From an uncultured Candidatus Saccharibacteria bacterium (GTDB lineage Bacteria > Patescibacteriota > Minisyncoccia > Phycocordibacterales > UBA12445): 36,773 bases of DNA. Below, piece after piece: positions 13,920-21,988 of this stretch. Position 1 is the first letter of the stretch, and each line of letters begins with the position of its first letter. The position numbers and the translations under genes were made by a program. The stretch is taken from NCBI GenBank assembly GCA_964446095.1, contig CAYUNB010000001.1, positions 1 through 36,773 of the forward strand, given 5' to 3'. The notes beneath the pieces are model-generated. The model was given only the letters and a program-made list of their open reading frames with translations. It searched no databases and was not told where the DNA came from.

Positions 13920-13949
13920 ACCCCGAGAATTTCTCGGGGTTCTTTTTAT
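13919..13949. terminator. Bidirectional intrinsic terminator
   Basis: AACCCCGAGA (13919-13928) pairs with TCTCGGGGTT (13932-13941), then CTTTTTAT. It lies between convergent genes. Confidence 0.8.
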
Positions 13950-14710
13950 GGAGTTAGAATTTCCGGGTCGCCCTCGGTAATGAGAATCGTCTTCTCGAAG
14001 TGGGCGCTCCGCGAGCCGTCGCGAGTCTTGAAAGTGAAGTCATCATCGGCCAGAACGATAGCATCGCCGCCCTCGTTGATCATCGGCTCGATTGCGAGCA
14101 CCATACCTGGTTTCAGCTTCACTCCGCTGCCTGGTTTGCCGTAATTTGGTATATAAGGGTCTTCATGTATCTTATAGCCGACACCGTGGCCGGAAAGTTC
14201 GCGGACGATACCGTATTTATAAGGCTTCACGAATGACGCGATAGCATGGCCGATATCACCTGTAGTGTTTCCAGGCCGAGCGGCCAGTATGCCGACTTCA
14301 AGAGCCTGGCTGGTAACCTCCATGAGACGCTTAGCAGCTTTATCAACCTGGCCGATGCCGACTGTAACCGCCATGTCGGTATAGAAACCCTTATGCTTGA
14401 TGCCCAAGTCGAGCCCCACGACATCACCCTCTTTCAATCTATAACTATTGGGTATACCGTGGACAATCTCGTCGTTGACCGAGATGCAGAGCACCGCTGG
14501 GAAGGCGACGCTCGCGCCGTCGGGCTTATAGTTCTTGAAGGCCGGTACGTCTCCGCCGGCGACAATAATCTCCTCGGCCAAACGATCGACTTCGATCTTC
14601 GTCATCCCCGGCTTCACCGCCTTAGCAACCTTATGAAGCGCAGCAGAAAGGCGCCGCCCGCACTCGCGGATAATCTCGATCTCGTCTTTAGTTTTTATCG
14701 TTGCTGCCAT
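13946..14710 (-). CDS. map: Methionine aminopeptidase, type I
   Basis: FPAVLCISVNDEIVHGIP..GDVVGLDLG..GFYTDMAVT..GHGVG..HEDP..VLAIEPMI..HFEKTILIT. Confidence 0.95.
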   Translation of the reverse strand: MAATIKTKDEIEIIRECGRRLSAALHKVAKAVKPGMTKIEVDRLAEEIIVAGGDVPAFKNYKPDGASVAFPAVLCISVNDEIVHGIPNSYRLKEGDVVGLDLGIKHKGFYTDMAVTVGIGQVDKAAKRLMEVTSQALEVGILAARPGNTTGDIGHAIASFVKPYKYGIVRELSGHGVGYKIHEDPYIPNYGKPGSGVKLKPGMVLAIEPMINEGGDAIVLADDDFTFKTRDGSRSAHFEKTILITEGDPEILTP

Positions 14711-15297
14711 TTATCCTCAAGTTTTTTGATTATATCTTTATGAATCTCTTCGACTGACGGCTCGCCGTTAACGTGAAGGAAATTATATGCCGGGTTATTC
14801 TCATAATACTCTACCGCAGGCAAAACATCGTCTTCGAAGAACTTCAAGCGGTTGGCAATCGCATCCTGCTTATCATCTGCCCGGCCGCGCTTCAGCAAGC
14901 GGTCAACTACAGAGTCATGTGTTACGTCGAGATAGATGATGAAAGGCTTTTCTCTCTTGTAAAATTTGAAGGCCGTCTCAAGCACCATTGCTTCAAGCTT
15001 CGAACGAGGAAAGCCGTCGCCCATTACATGTTCATTATCTTCCAGGTTATGAATCAAGATCTGGCCCCAGATGTTAACAGCCAAGAAGTCCGGCTGCCTC
15101 TCGCCTGCCGCCATAATCTCCTTCGCCATCTTGGCGGAATAGCTCGGCTCGTTGATGAACTTGCGGAACTCTGCGCCAGTCTCGATGTTGAAAATTTTGC
15201 GATTATCAATCTTCTCTAGATACTCCTTCAAGAGTGCGGCCTGGGTCCCCTTGCCGCAGCCCGACTTGCCGATAAAGATAAAAGTCTGTGCGTTCAT
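14695..15297 (-). CDS. adk: Adenylate kinase
   Basis: FIGKSGCGKGTQAALLKEY, GDGFPRS and RGRADD. It lies upstream of map, and the adk 3' end (stop at 14695) overlaps the map start (14710) by 16 nt. Confidence 0.85.
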   Translation of the reverse strand: MNAQTFIFIGKSGCGKGTQAALLKEYLEKIDNRKIFNIETGAEFRKFINEPSYSAKMAKEIMAAGERQPDFLAVNIWGQILIHNLEDNEHVMGDGFPRSKLEAMVLETAFKFYKREKPFIIYLDVTHDSVVDRLLKRGRADDKQDAIANRLKFFEDDVLPAVEYYENNPAYNFLHVNGEPSVEEIHKDIIKKLEDKWQQR

Positions 15298-15331
15298 AAC
15301 TTAATTTTCCAATTTAATCTTCTAAGTAGCC

Positions 15332-15359
15332 AGTATACAAAAAAACATCTATAAATCAA
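15332..15359 (-). promoter_or_regulatory. Sigma-70-like promoter for adk-map
   Basis: On the minus strand: TTGATT (15359-15354), 16 nt, TG-TATACT (-10 at 15337-15332). Confidence 0.5.
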
Positions 15360-15366
15360 AGATTGG

Positions 15367-16575
15367 CTACCAAAACTTGAAAAAGCTAATTATGCGTGTT
15401 ATTAAATTAGAGGCTTTATTTGTATTCATAATCTTGTTGCCCGAAACAGAAGTTGACGCTATTTTATCAAGATCTTGAGGTTTAGTTGATGTGGATATAA
15501 TAGTTGTGTTAGTAATTTTTAATTTTATAGTTTTAACTTCCGCTGGAATATTGTTGGTTAACTTTTTAGGTTGTGATGTAATATTATTTTGTTGTAAGTT
15601 ATTTTTGGGTGGTAAATTTTGACTACTAGCTGACGAGGGGACACTGGTAGTTGTTGGCGGTTGGAAACCCTGCCATTTATAGTCGTCGTGGTGAAGATAA
15701 AATAGATGGCATTGTGCAATTTCGTCTTGTGACAAACCTGCAGTAGTACACTCGAAATCATTATGTGTCTTATTCAAAACATTTATTGAGATCATTTTCG
15801 TTTGTCCAAAGTCGGGAACAACTTCACAAATTCCTACTGAGTTTTTAGAATATCCGGCCTTACATATGCATGTATAAATATTTTCTCCAGTTGAGGGACT
15901 CAAAGCTTGGTCTGGATAAGAGTTGTTACCAGATAGCTTCTGGCACATTGATATCGGCGTCTCACATTGACCATTTGCAAATATATATCCTTTGTTACAG
16001 AAACATTTTTGGTAGTTAGAATCATAATGCGAAAAGGTACCGTACGTAAGTTGGCAACTGTCATCTTGTGACCTTATTATTTTTTCATCTAATTGCTGAA
16101 AAGCATCTTTAACACATTCATCATGAGCCTGAACTTCTAAGCTATAGTTTGCTACCTGCTGTTTACAAAAATCAGCTTCGGGACAAGTGTTGGTGGAAGG
16201 ACAGCTTGGAGACCCTACTAGCCCCTCCGCGGCACAAATTGCACGTATTCTGGAATTATTCTCATCACACTGTGCCTGAATATCCCTACACTGACTACCA
16301 TCTACATATCCTAAAACTAGTGGTGATGGACATATATCCGACAAAGAAGAGTGACATTCGTCAGTATCAGATAATAAAGTTGAGCTAACCCAACCGTCAT
16401 TACATACGGCATAACCATACAAACTAGAATCATTTGAACAGTTGACACCACGATGGTATGAACATGCGCCAGAAACAGCCAGTGAATAATTTGGCTGTAA
16501 AAAGAAGAGTGTAGAGATAAATATATAAAAAGCAATCTTCTCAACAGTAATTGAATAGGGATACTGCTTTTTCAT
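15367..16575 (-). CDS. Secreted or membrane-anchored Cys-rich protein with EGF-like repeats and a low-complexity C-terminal tail
   Basis: It has an N-terminal hydrophobic segment (IAFYIFISTLFFL) and more than twenty Cys. It contains CFCNKGYIFANGQC and CICKAGYSKNSVGIC, which fit the EGF pattern C-x-C-x2-G-Y-x(4-8)-C. The S/T/N/P-rich tail follows. The DNA is visibly more AT-rich than its neighbours. Confidence 0.6.
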   Translation of the reverse strand: MKKQYPYSITVEKIAFYIFISTLFFLQPNYSLAVSGACSYHRGVNCSNDSSLYGYAVCNDGWVSSTLLSDTDECHSSLSDICPSPLVLGYVDGSQCRDIQAQCDENNSRIRAICAAEGLVGSPSCPSTNTCPEADFCKQQVANYSLEVQAHDECVKDAFQQLDEKIIRSQDDSCQLTYGTFSHYDSNYQKCFCNKGYIFANGQCETPISMCQKLSGNNSYPDQALSPSTGENIYTCICKAGYSKNSVGICEVVPDFGQTKMISINVLNKTHNDFECTTAGLSQDEIAQCHLFYLHHDDYKWQGFQPPTTTSVPSSASSQNLPPKNNLQQNNITSQPKKLTNNIPAEVKTIKLKITNTTIISTSTKPQDLDKIASTSVSGNKIMNTNKASNLITRIISFFKFW

Positions 16576-16581
16576 ATTTTA

Positions 16582-16612
16582 ATTATACTATCTGGTGAAA
16601 AGAGGTTGTCAA
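16582..16612 (-). promoter_or_regulatory. Promoter-like element for the Cys-rich gene (possible leaderless start)
   Basis: On the minus strand: TTGACA (16612-16607), 19 nt, TATAAT (16587-16582), 6 nt, then ATG 16575. The 19-nt spacer is long. Confidence 0.35.
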
Positions 16613-16630
16613 CACGTTAAAAATAAAGAG

Positions 16631-16661
16631 AAAATCAAAAGGCCGGTGATGAACACCGGCC
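16631..16661 (-). terminator. Intrinsic terminator
   Basis: GGCCGGTG (16641-16648) pairs with CACCGGCC (16654-16661). A U-run follows on the minus strand. Confidence 0.7.
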
Positions 16662-16676
16662 TCGGCTATCTAATTG

Positions 16677-17165
16677 CTACGATTCATCATTCGGAAGATC
16701 CTTGCACAGTTCATCCAGAGCGGCTTTGTACTCAACTCGCATCACAGCTCGAGCCTTTTCGAAGGGATGGTTGCCGGCCGGGATGGTCTTGAAATCCGTA
16801 GATGAACTCTGGAGCCACATACCTAGATGGATACCGGCAGCTGACTGCAATTCGCTATCGGGTTCGGAGAGACTCAGCACATGCGTCGGCTGACTGTCCT
16901 TGCCGAAGACCACGCCCCGGCCAGAAGAAGGAGAATAGTAGATGAAGTTGAGCAGGCCTTCTTTCTCAAGAAACTCATCGACCTTCTTAGTAACTTCAGG
17001 ATGCTCGGGAAAACAGTTGTCCGGGCTGAACTGCTGATGGAGGAAGAAGATGAGCATGGGCATCGCGCGATCCCAGCCAATAAGACTGCTAACCTTGTAG
17101 ATACACTCAATGCCGTCCGAACGGAGGATCTTAGCCGCCTCATGAACATCTTTGATCGTTACCAT
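16677..17165 (-). CDS. Hypothetical soluble protein sharing a C-terminal domain with the upstream gene
   Basis: AAGGAGG lies 6 nt upstream of the ATG and overlaps the stop of the upstream gene. The motif IYYSPSSGRGVVFGKDSQPTHVLSLS resembles LWYAPSYGRGVICDKAGKALWLLSMQ in 17176..17907. Confidence 0.55.
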   Translation of the reverse strand: MVTIKDVHEAAKILRSDGIECIYKVSSLIGWDRAMPMLIFFLHQQFSPDNCFPEHPEVTKKVDEFLEKEGLLNFIYYSPSSGRGVVFGKDSQPTHVLSLSEPDSELQSAAGIHLGMWLQSSSTDFKTIPAGNHPFEKARAVMRVEYKAALDELCKDLPNDES

Positions 17166-17175
17166 TGCCGCCTCC

Positions 17176-17907
17176 TTAGTAGCTGTTTATTTCTGGTTTC
17201 GGCTGATCGAGATAGTGATCATAATCATGTCTGATCTTATCGTATGAAGCCCTGAAGGGAAAATCTTCCTTAATCCACTCCCCTCGTATATCCTTATACT
17301 TCCGATTGAGGTCACCAAGCCAGCCATTGACTGGATTCTGGACCGACGGCAGATATGGCCTGTATGGCAGCTGCATAGACAGGAGCCATAGAGCCTTGCC
17401 CGCCTTATCACAGATAACTCCTCTGCCATAAGACGGTGCATACCAAAGGTACAATTCAGCCTTAGCTGCAGAGGTCACCTGACTCACGCTTGTATTAGAA
17501 GTGACAGGCATCTGCTTCACCGAAGCTGCAGCGAGAGGGATGATGTTGGCGATACCTACGCTCGCGGCTGACGACGCTCGCTTAGCGAGCGAGGAGACTG
17601 CAGTGACCGCTCTTTCCGTCTTATCAGTCTTTTGGACCGGAGACTCTGGAGCGATAGAGTAAAAGCAGACACCGACGCAGAAGAGCCAGAGAACTATCCG
17701 CGACTTCTGCCGCTTCGTCTCGTCGAACCAGTCAGCGATCGCTGCCAGAGCGACCAAGACCGCACAAACCGCCGCTATAAGGAAAGATGGCTTCCAGCCA
17801 GAGCCGAGAGCAATCAGGAAAACCAGGCAGACCAAGATAGCCAGGTGGTCCCAATCATCCCAGATCCAGAAGGCAGCAGACTTCAACTTCTCGAAGACCC
17901 TCTTCAT
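17176..17907 (-). CDS. Hypothetical membrane protein (about 3 TM) with a C-terminal domain paralogous to 16677..17165
   Basis: The Shine-Dalgarno site is GGGGAGGG. The N-terminal hydrophobic helices are LAILVCLVFLIALG, FLIAAVCAVLVALAAI and IVLWLFCVGVCFYSI. A Ser/Ala linker leads to the C-terminal globular part. Confidence 0.6.
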   Translation of the reverse strand: MKRVFEKLKSAAFWIWDDWDHLAILVCLVFLIALGSGWKPSFLIAAVCAVLVALAAIADWFDETKRQKSRIVLWLFCVGVCFYSIAPESPVQKTDKTERAVTAVSSLAKRASSAASVGIANIIPLAAASVKQMPVTSNTSVSQVTSAAKAELYLWYAPSYGRGVICDKAGKALWLLSMQLPYRPYLPSVQNPVNGWLGDLNRKYKDIRGEWIKEDFPFRASYDKIRHDYDHYLDQPKPEINSY

Positions 17908-17935
17908 CCGTCCCTCCCCTTTAATTCAAAGTTCT

Positions 17936-17963
17936 CAATAAAAATACCCGTTTTTCCGGGTAT
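17936..17963 (-). terminator. Intrinsic terminator directly after secY
   Basis: ATACCCG (17944-17950) pairs with CGGGTAT (17957-17963). On the minus strand it is followed by TTTTATT. Confidence 0.65.
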
Positions 17964-17998
17964 TAATATACATTATTAAATGTGATTAGTCAAGTAAG

Positions 17999-19273
17999 CT
18001 AGTACTCCCTCATCGCAACTTGAGCGTCAACTTGCTTTACAAGTTCAACAACAACGGAGACGACGATGAGGAGCGCTGTACCGCCGATAGCGAGAGACTG
18101 GTTGCCAGTCACAGCCCTCATAATGAGCGGCAAGATAGCGACAATACCGAGGAAAATAGAGCCGAAGAGTGTCAGGCGGGTAATGATCTTGCCGATATAC
18201 TCAGAAGTCGGGTGGCCTGGGCGCACGCCTGGGATGAAGGCACCGCCCTTCTGAAGGTTGTCAGCGATCTGATCAGGATCAAACGTAACGGCGGTATAGA
18301 AGTAAGTGAAGATTATGACCAGAAGGAAATAGGCCACGCCGTAGACGATCTGGTTATTAATAGCAGCAGTAATGAAGCCAGCGATATTGGAGATAATAGT
18401 ATTATTAACGTTAGCTAAGAAGCCCGCGATCATCTGAGGAAAGAGTAATACCGAAAGTGCGAAGATGATGGGGATCACTCCGGCCTGATTAAGGCGAAGT
18501 GGGATGTATGTAGAGGTACCGCCGTACACCTTGGCGCCGCGCACGCGCTTGGCGTAAGTGACAGGTATCGGACGCTCAGCCTCAGTAATAACAACGACAG
18601 AAGCAATGATAACAACGGCCACTACCAAGAAGGCTAGATAAACCGGAATCTGGGTCACGTCGAACTGGAAGAAGAGCTGGCTCACAGCTGTCGGGATACG
18701 CGATACGATACCAGCGAAGATGATGAGGGATACGCCGTTGCCGATGCCATATTCGTTGATGAGCTCGCCGATCCACATAAGCAAGACTGAGCCGGCAGTG
18801 ATTATGAAAACGTTAGTAATCTGCCCCATTGAGCCCAAGCTCGAAGAGATGATCCCTTGCTTAGCGAGAAGCGCCAAGAAGCCGAAGGACTGGAGCATCG
18901 CGAGCGGCACAGAGATGATTCTAGAATATTGAGCAAACTTCCTTCTGCCAGCCTCGCCCTCCTCCTGATACATCTCCTTCATGCTGGGGAAAATCATAGT
19001 AAGGAGCTGCATGATGATCGATGAGGTGATGAAAGGACCAACGCCCAGCATCACAATAGAGAGATTGTGCAAGCCGCCACCGGAGAATATGTTCAACAGG
19101 CCGAAGAATTGGTTACTGGCGAAGAGAGCTCGGAGACGCTCGGCATCTACTCCCGGAATAGGGATATTGGAGATGAAGCGGAAGACAACAAGCATACCGA
19201 GCACGAAGAGTACTCTTACCCGCAGGTCCTGGTCGTTCCAGACCAAACTTAATTTATTCCAAAAGTCTTTCAC
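17999..19273 (-). CDS. secY: Preprotein translocase subunit SecY
   Basis: The 424-aa polytopic membrane protein contains IPIPGVD, LNIFSGG, SIVMLGVGPFITSSIIMQLL and GIGNGVSLIIFAGI. It occupies the conserved position after rplO. Confidence 0.97.
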   Translation of the reverse strand: MKDFWNKLSLVWNDQDLRVRVLFVLGMLVVFRFISNIPIPGVDAERLRALFASNQFFGLLNIFSGGGLHNLSIVMLGVGPFITSSIIMQLLTMIFPSMKEMYQEEGEAGRRKFAQYSRIISVPLAMLQSFGFLALLAKQGIISSSLGSMGQITNVFIITAGSVLLMWIGELINEYGIGNGVSLIIFAGIVSRIPTAVSQLFFQFDVTQIPVYLAFLVVAVVIIASVVVITEAERPIPVTYAKRVRGAKVYGGTSTYIPLRLNQAGVIPIIFALSVLLFPQMIAGFLANVNNTIISNIAGFITAAINNQIVYGVAYFLLVIIFTYFYTAVTFDPDQIADNLQKGGAFIPGVRPGHPTSEYIGKIITRLTLFGSIFLGIVAILPLIMRAVTGNQSLAIGGTALLIVVSVVVELVKQVDAQVAMREY

Positions 19274-19283
19274 TTTTTAAAAA

Positions 19284-19721
19284 TTATTTGATAGACGATC
19301 CGGACTTTTCGACTTTGGCCTTAGCCTCATCGGAGAAGGATACGTTATCAAACTTGAGCTTAGCAGAAAGTTCGCCTTCGGCCAAGATCTTGACCTTCGG
19401 CAACTTGCCGGCATAGCGCCTGACCAAGCCCTTCTTAAGCAAAGATTTAGGAGATACAATTTCACCAGCCTTGAAGGCAGCGAGTTCGGCAATATTCACA
19501 GTCTCCGGAGGAACCTGGATAGAGGTGAAGATATTCTTGCCGCGGCCGCGGAGCTTCGGCACGCGCTTAATGATGTCGCGGAGCTCGGGGCGCTTCTTGC
19601 GGCCGGACCTGGCATTCTGGCCTTTAGTACCCTTACCTGAAGTAGTACCTCGCTTGCCGCCTCGGCCAACCAGCTTCTTCGCCTTGTTCTTGTGCTTTCT
19701 TGTTACTTGATGTATCTGCAT
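19284..19721 (-). CDS. rplO: 50S ribosomal protein L15
   Basis: KKLVGRGGKRGTTSGKGTKGQNARSG. Confidence 0.95.
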   Translation of the reverse strand: MQIHQVTRKHKNKAKKLVGRGGKRGTTSGKGTKGQNARSGRKKRPELRDIIKRVPKLRGRGKNIFTSIQVPPETVNIAELAAFKAGEIVSPKSLLKKGLVRRYAGKLPKVKILAEGELSAKLKFDNVSFSDEAKAKVEKSGSSIK

Positions 19722-19738
19722 AAAATATTTTTACAGAC

Positions 19739-20335
19739 TTACTTAGCCAGATTCTTAAGAGCCATCCAGGTAGCGCGGGCGTTATTGATCTTATTCTTGC
19801 TGCCGGAGATAATCTTGGCGTTGATGTCGGTGATACGAGCAACGCCAAGGACAACCGTGGGGGCAGAACCAGAAATAAATCCTCTGCCCGGAGCTAGGGG
19901 TAAATCCACGACTCCGCTAGAGTATTTAGCCCTCGTCTCATGAGGAATAGACATATTCTTGGTCAGAGCAACCTTCACCATATTCCTCTTTGCATCGCGG
20001 GTAGCCTTGTCGATAGCCTCTGATGTACCGCCAGCCTTAGCTAAGCCGACGCCGACAGAGCCCTTCTTGTCGCCAAGCACGAGACATACGGAGAAGGTGA
20101 AGCGCTTGCCTCCAGCTACGACTCGAGCCACGCGCCTGATCGAGAGAACCTTAGTCTCCATATCGCTCCTCGGAGCGCCGAAGCTGTTCCGGCCGCCAGG
20201 ACCTGGCCTGCCTCCAGGGCGCCCGCCGAAACCTCCCCTGCCCTGCATCGGCCGTCGAGGAGTGAAAGTCTTCTTCTCGCCGCTTACTGGTACAGCTGGC
20301 TTATTCTCTGCTGGTTTTGTATTTGTGTCGGTCAT
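19739..20335 (-). CDS. rpsE: 30S ribosomal protein S5 (with a Gly/Pro/Arg-rich N-terminal extension)
   Basis: The core is VLSIRRVARVVAGGKRFTFSVCLVLGDKKGSVGVGLAKAGGTSEAIDKA. It is preceded by about 45 aa that include GRGGFGGRPGGRPGPGGR. Confidence 0.95.
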   Translation of the reverse strand: MTDTNTKPAENKPAVPVSGEKKTFTPRRPMQGRGGFGGRPGGRPGPGGRNSFGAPRSDMETKVLSIRRVARVVAGGKRFTFSVCLVLGDKKGSVGVGLAKAGGTSEAIDKATRDAKRNMVKVALTKNMSIPHETRAKYSSGVVDLPLAPGRGFISGSAPTVVLGVARITDINAKIISGSKNKINNARATWMALKNLAK

Positions 20336-20341
20336 TGTGTA

Positions 20342-20704
20342 TTAACATTTTAGTCCTGCCTCCCAACCGCCTTCGGCCGGTGCCTGAACCCTGCGAGTAT
20401 AGTTGAAGCCGCCGCGATCGAAGACAACCTTACTGATCTTCTTATCTGTAGCCATCTTGCCAAGCATGGCACCGACGATCTTAGCCTTCTCAAGCTTAGT
20501 CTTCTTGGTGCCCGAGTCGAGGAGCATATCGCTGACAGCCACGAGGGTCTTGCCTGCGGTGTCATCGATGAGCTGGCCGTAGATAAATTTATTAGAGCGA
20601 TACACGGAAAGGCGAGGCTTGTCAGATGTACCGAAAACCTTGGCCCGGATACGGCGGTGCCTGCGCTGCAACTGCTCTTTCTTTGTAAGTTTGCCCTGTT
20701 TCAT
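20342..20704 (-). CDS. rplR: 50S ribosomal protein L18
   Basis: [52 protein letters not shown]. Confidence 0.95.
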   Translation of the reverse strand: MKQGKLTKKEQLQRRHRRIRAKVFGTSDKPRLSVYRSNKFIYGQLIDDTAGKTLVAVSDMLLDSGTKKTKLEKAKIVGAMLGKMATDKKISKVVFDRGGFNYTRRVQAPAEGGWEAGLKC

Positions 20705-20710
20705 ATTATT

Positions 20711-21262
20711 TTATGCAACTGACTTCTTACCCTCCTTCATTCTGATAACCTGACCCTCATATCTGATACCCTTGCCCTTGTAAGGCTCTGGCGGCTTCAT
20801 GGCTACCAACTGAGCTGCGAACTGTCCGACAGCCTCTTTATCGATACCGGTGATCGAGAAGTTATTCTTCTCTACTGTCACCTTAAGACCCTTCGGGATC
20901 TCTACATCGATAGTATGAGAGAAGCCGAGGCTCCAAGTCATCTTAGTACCGGCGACCTGTGTCTTATAGCCGATACCCTCGATCTGAAGATTCTTCTTGA
21001 AGCCATTTGTAACGCCCTCGATCATATTCTTGATATGAGAAGCGTAGGTACCCCAGAGCGCCTTCTGCGGAAGCGAGGCCTCGTTAGTTGGTGTAAGCTT
21101 GATGCCCTCGGCATCAGATTCGATCTTGATGTCGTTCTTAAAGAAACGAGAGTTCTCGCCAAGCGGCCCGGCAACCTTAAGAGTGTAGCCGTGCTTCTCC
21201 GGAGTCAAAGTAACTTTGACCTTGTCTCCTGGCTTGATTGGTTTCTTGGCGATTCTCGACAT
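20711..21262 (-). CDS. rplF: 50S ribosomal protein L6
   Basis: MSRIAKKPI..L.VAGPLG..LQIEGIGYK..PEPYKGKGIRYEGQ. Confidence 0.95.
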   Translation of the reverse strand: MSRIAKKPIKPGDKVKVTLTPEKHGYTLKVAGPLGENSRFFKNDIKIESDAEGIKLTPTNEASLPQKALWGTYASHIKNMIEGVTNGFKKNLQIEGIGYKTQVAGTKMTWSLGFSHTIDVEIPKGLKVTVEKNNFSITGIDKEAVGQFAAQLVAMKPPEPYKGKGIRYEGQVIRMKEGKKSVA

Positions 21263-21284
21263 GATTTTATAATTAAAAATTTAT

Positions 21285-21713
21285 TTACCAGACTGTAAGT
21301 AAGACCTCGCCGCCAACCTTCTCCTTCTTAGCCTCCTTATCGGTCAAGATACCCTTAGTGGTGGAAAGGACGGTGATACCGAAGCCCTGTCTTGGAGACT
21401 TGAGCGCATCGATACCAGAGTATATCCTCCTTGATACCTTCGACACCCTCCAAGCATCAGAGATCTTCGGCTGCTTCTTGCCAGTCTTCTCGGCGGCATT
21501 CTTGTAAGCCAAGCTGAGCGTGAGATACTTAAGCGGAGTCTTCTTAGCAGAAGGCTTCTCGACAACCTCAACTGACTTAATGTATCCAGAGCGGACCAAA
21601 GCCTCAGCAATCTGATGCTTTATCTTAGAGAAAGGCAGGGTCACGGAAGAATGGCCAGCCTGACCGGCGTTTCTTAACCTTATTAACAAGTCTGCAATTG
21701 GGTCTGTTACCAT
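21285..21713 (-). CDS. rpsH: 30S ribosomal protein S8
   Basis: [69 protein letters not shown]. Confidence 0.95.
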   Translation of the reverse strand: MVTDPIADLLIRLRNAGQAGHSSVTLPFSKIKHQIAEALVRSGYIKSVEVVEKPSAKKTPLKYLTLSLAYKNAAEKTGKKQPKISDAWRVSKVSRRIYSGIDALKSPRQGFGITVLSTTKGILTDKEAKKEKVGGEVLLTVW

Positions 21714-21892
21714 GATGATTTTCTTACTCCCGGGATCTTGCCGTCATTAGCAAATTCCCTGAAACAGATACGACAGAGACCGAAGTCCCTCATATAGCCG
21801 TGCTTGCGTCCGCAACGGAAACAGCGGTTCACCTTGCGCGAGCTGAATTTGGGCGTCTTTTTCGATCTTGCGATAACTGATTTTTTTGCCAT
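21707..21892 (-). CDS. rpsZ: 30S ribosomal protein S14, zinc-binding type Z
   Basis: [47 protein letters not shown] is 61 aa from ATG 21892. The track ORF adds 5 residues from ATG 21907, which lies inside the -10 box. Confidence 0.9.
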   Translation of the reverse strand: MAKKSVIARSKKTPKFSSRKVNRCFRCGRKHGYMRDFGLCRICFREFANDGKIPGVRKSSW

Positions 21893-21935
21893 AAGTGTGC
21901 CGACCATACTAGCAAAAATGCCTATCAGTTGTCAA
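21893..21935 (-). promoter_or_regulatory. Promoter plus short leader of the rpsZ operon
   Basis: On the minus strand: TTGACA (21935-21930), 18 nt, TGC-TAGTAT (-10 at 21911-21906), GGTCGGCACACTT, then ATG. The leader resembles the secA leader. Confidence 0.5.
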
Positions 21936-21988
21936 TAAAAGCCCCCCGATTCTAGATCGAAGGGCGTGAATGAGACTCATAAATTAAG

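Noticed and set aside
16317-16544. Same-strand alternative-frame ORFs lie inside the Cys-rich gene (16317..16544 and 15558..15761).
   Set aside because: They are embedded in the 402-codon frame, which carries the signal segment and the EGF-like Cys spacing. They have no independent start signals.
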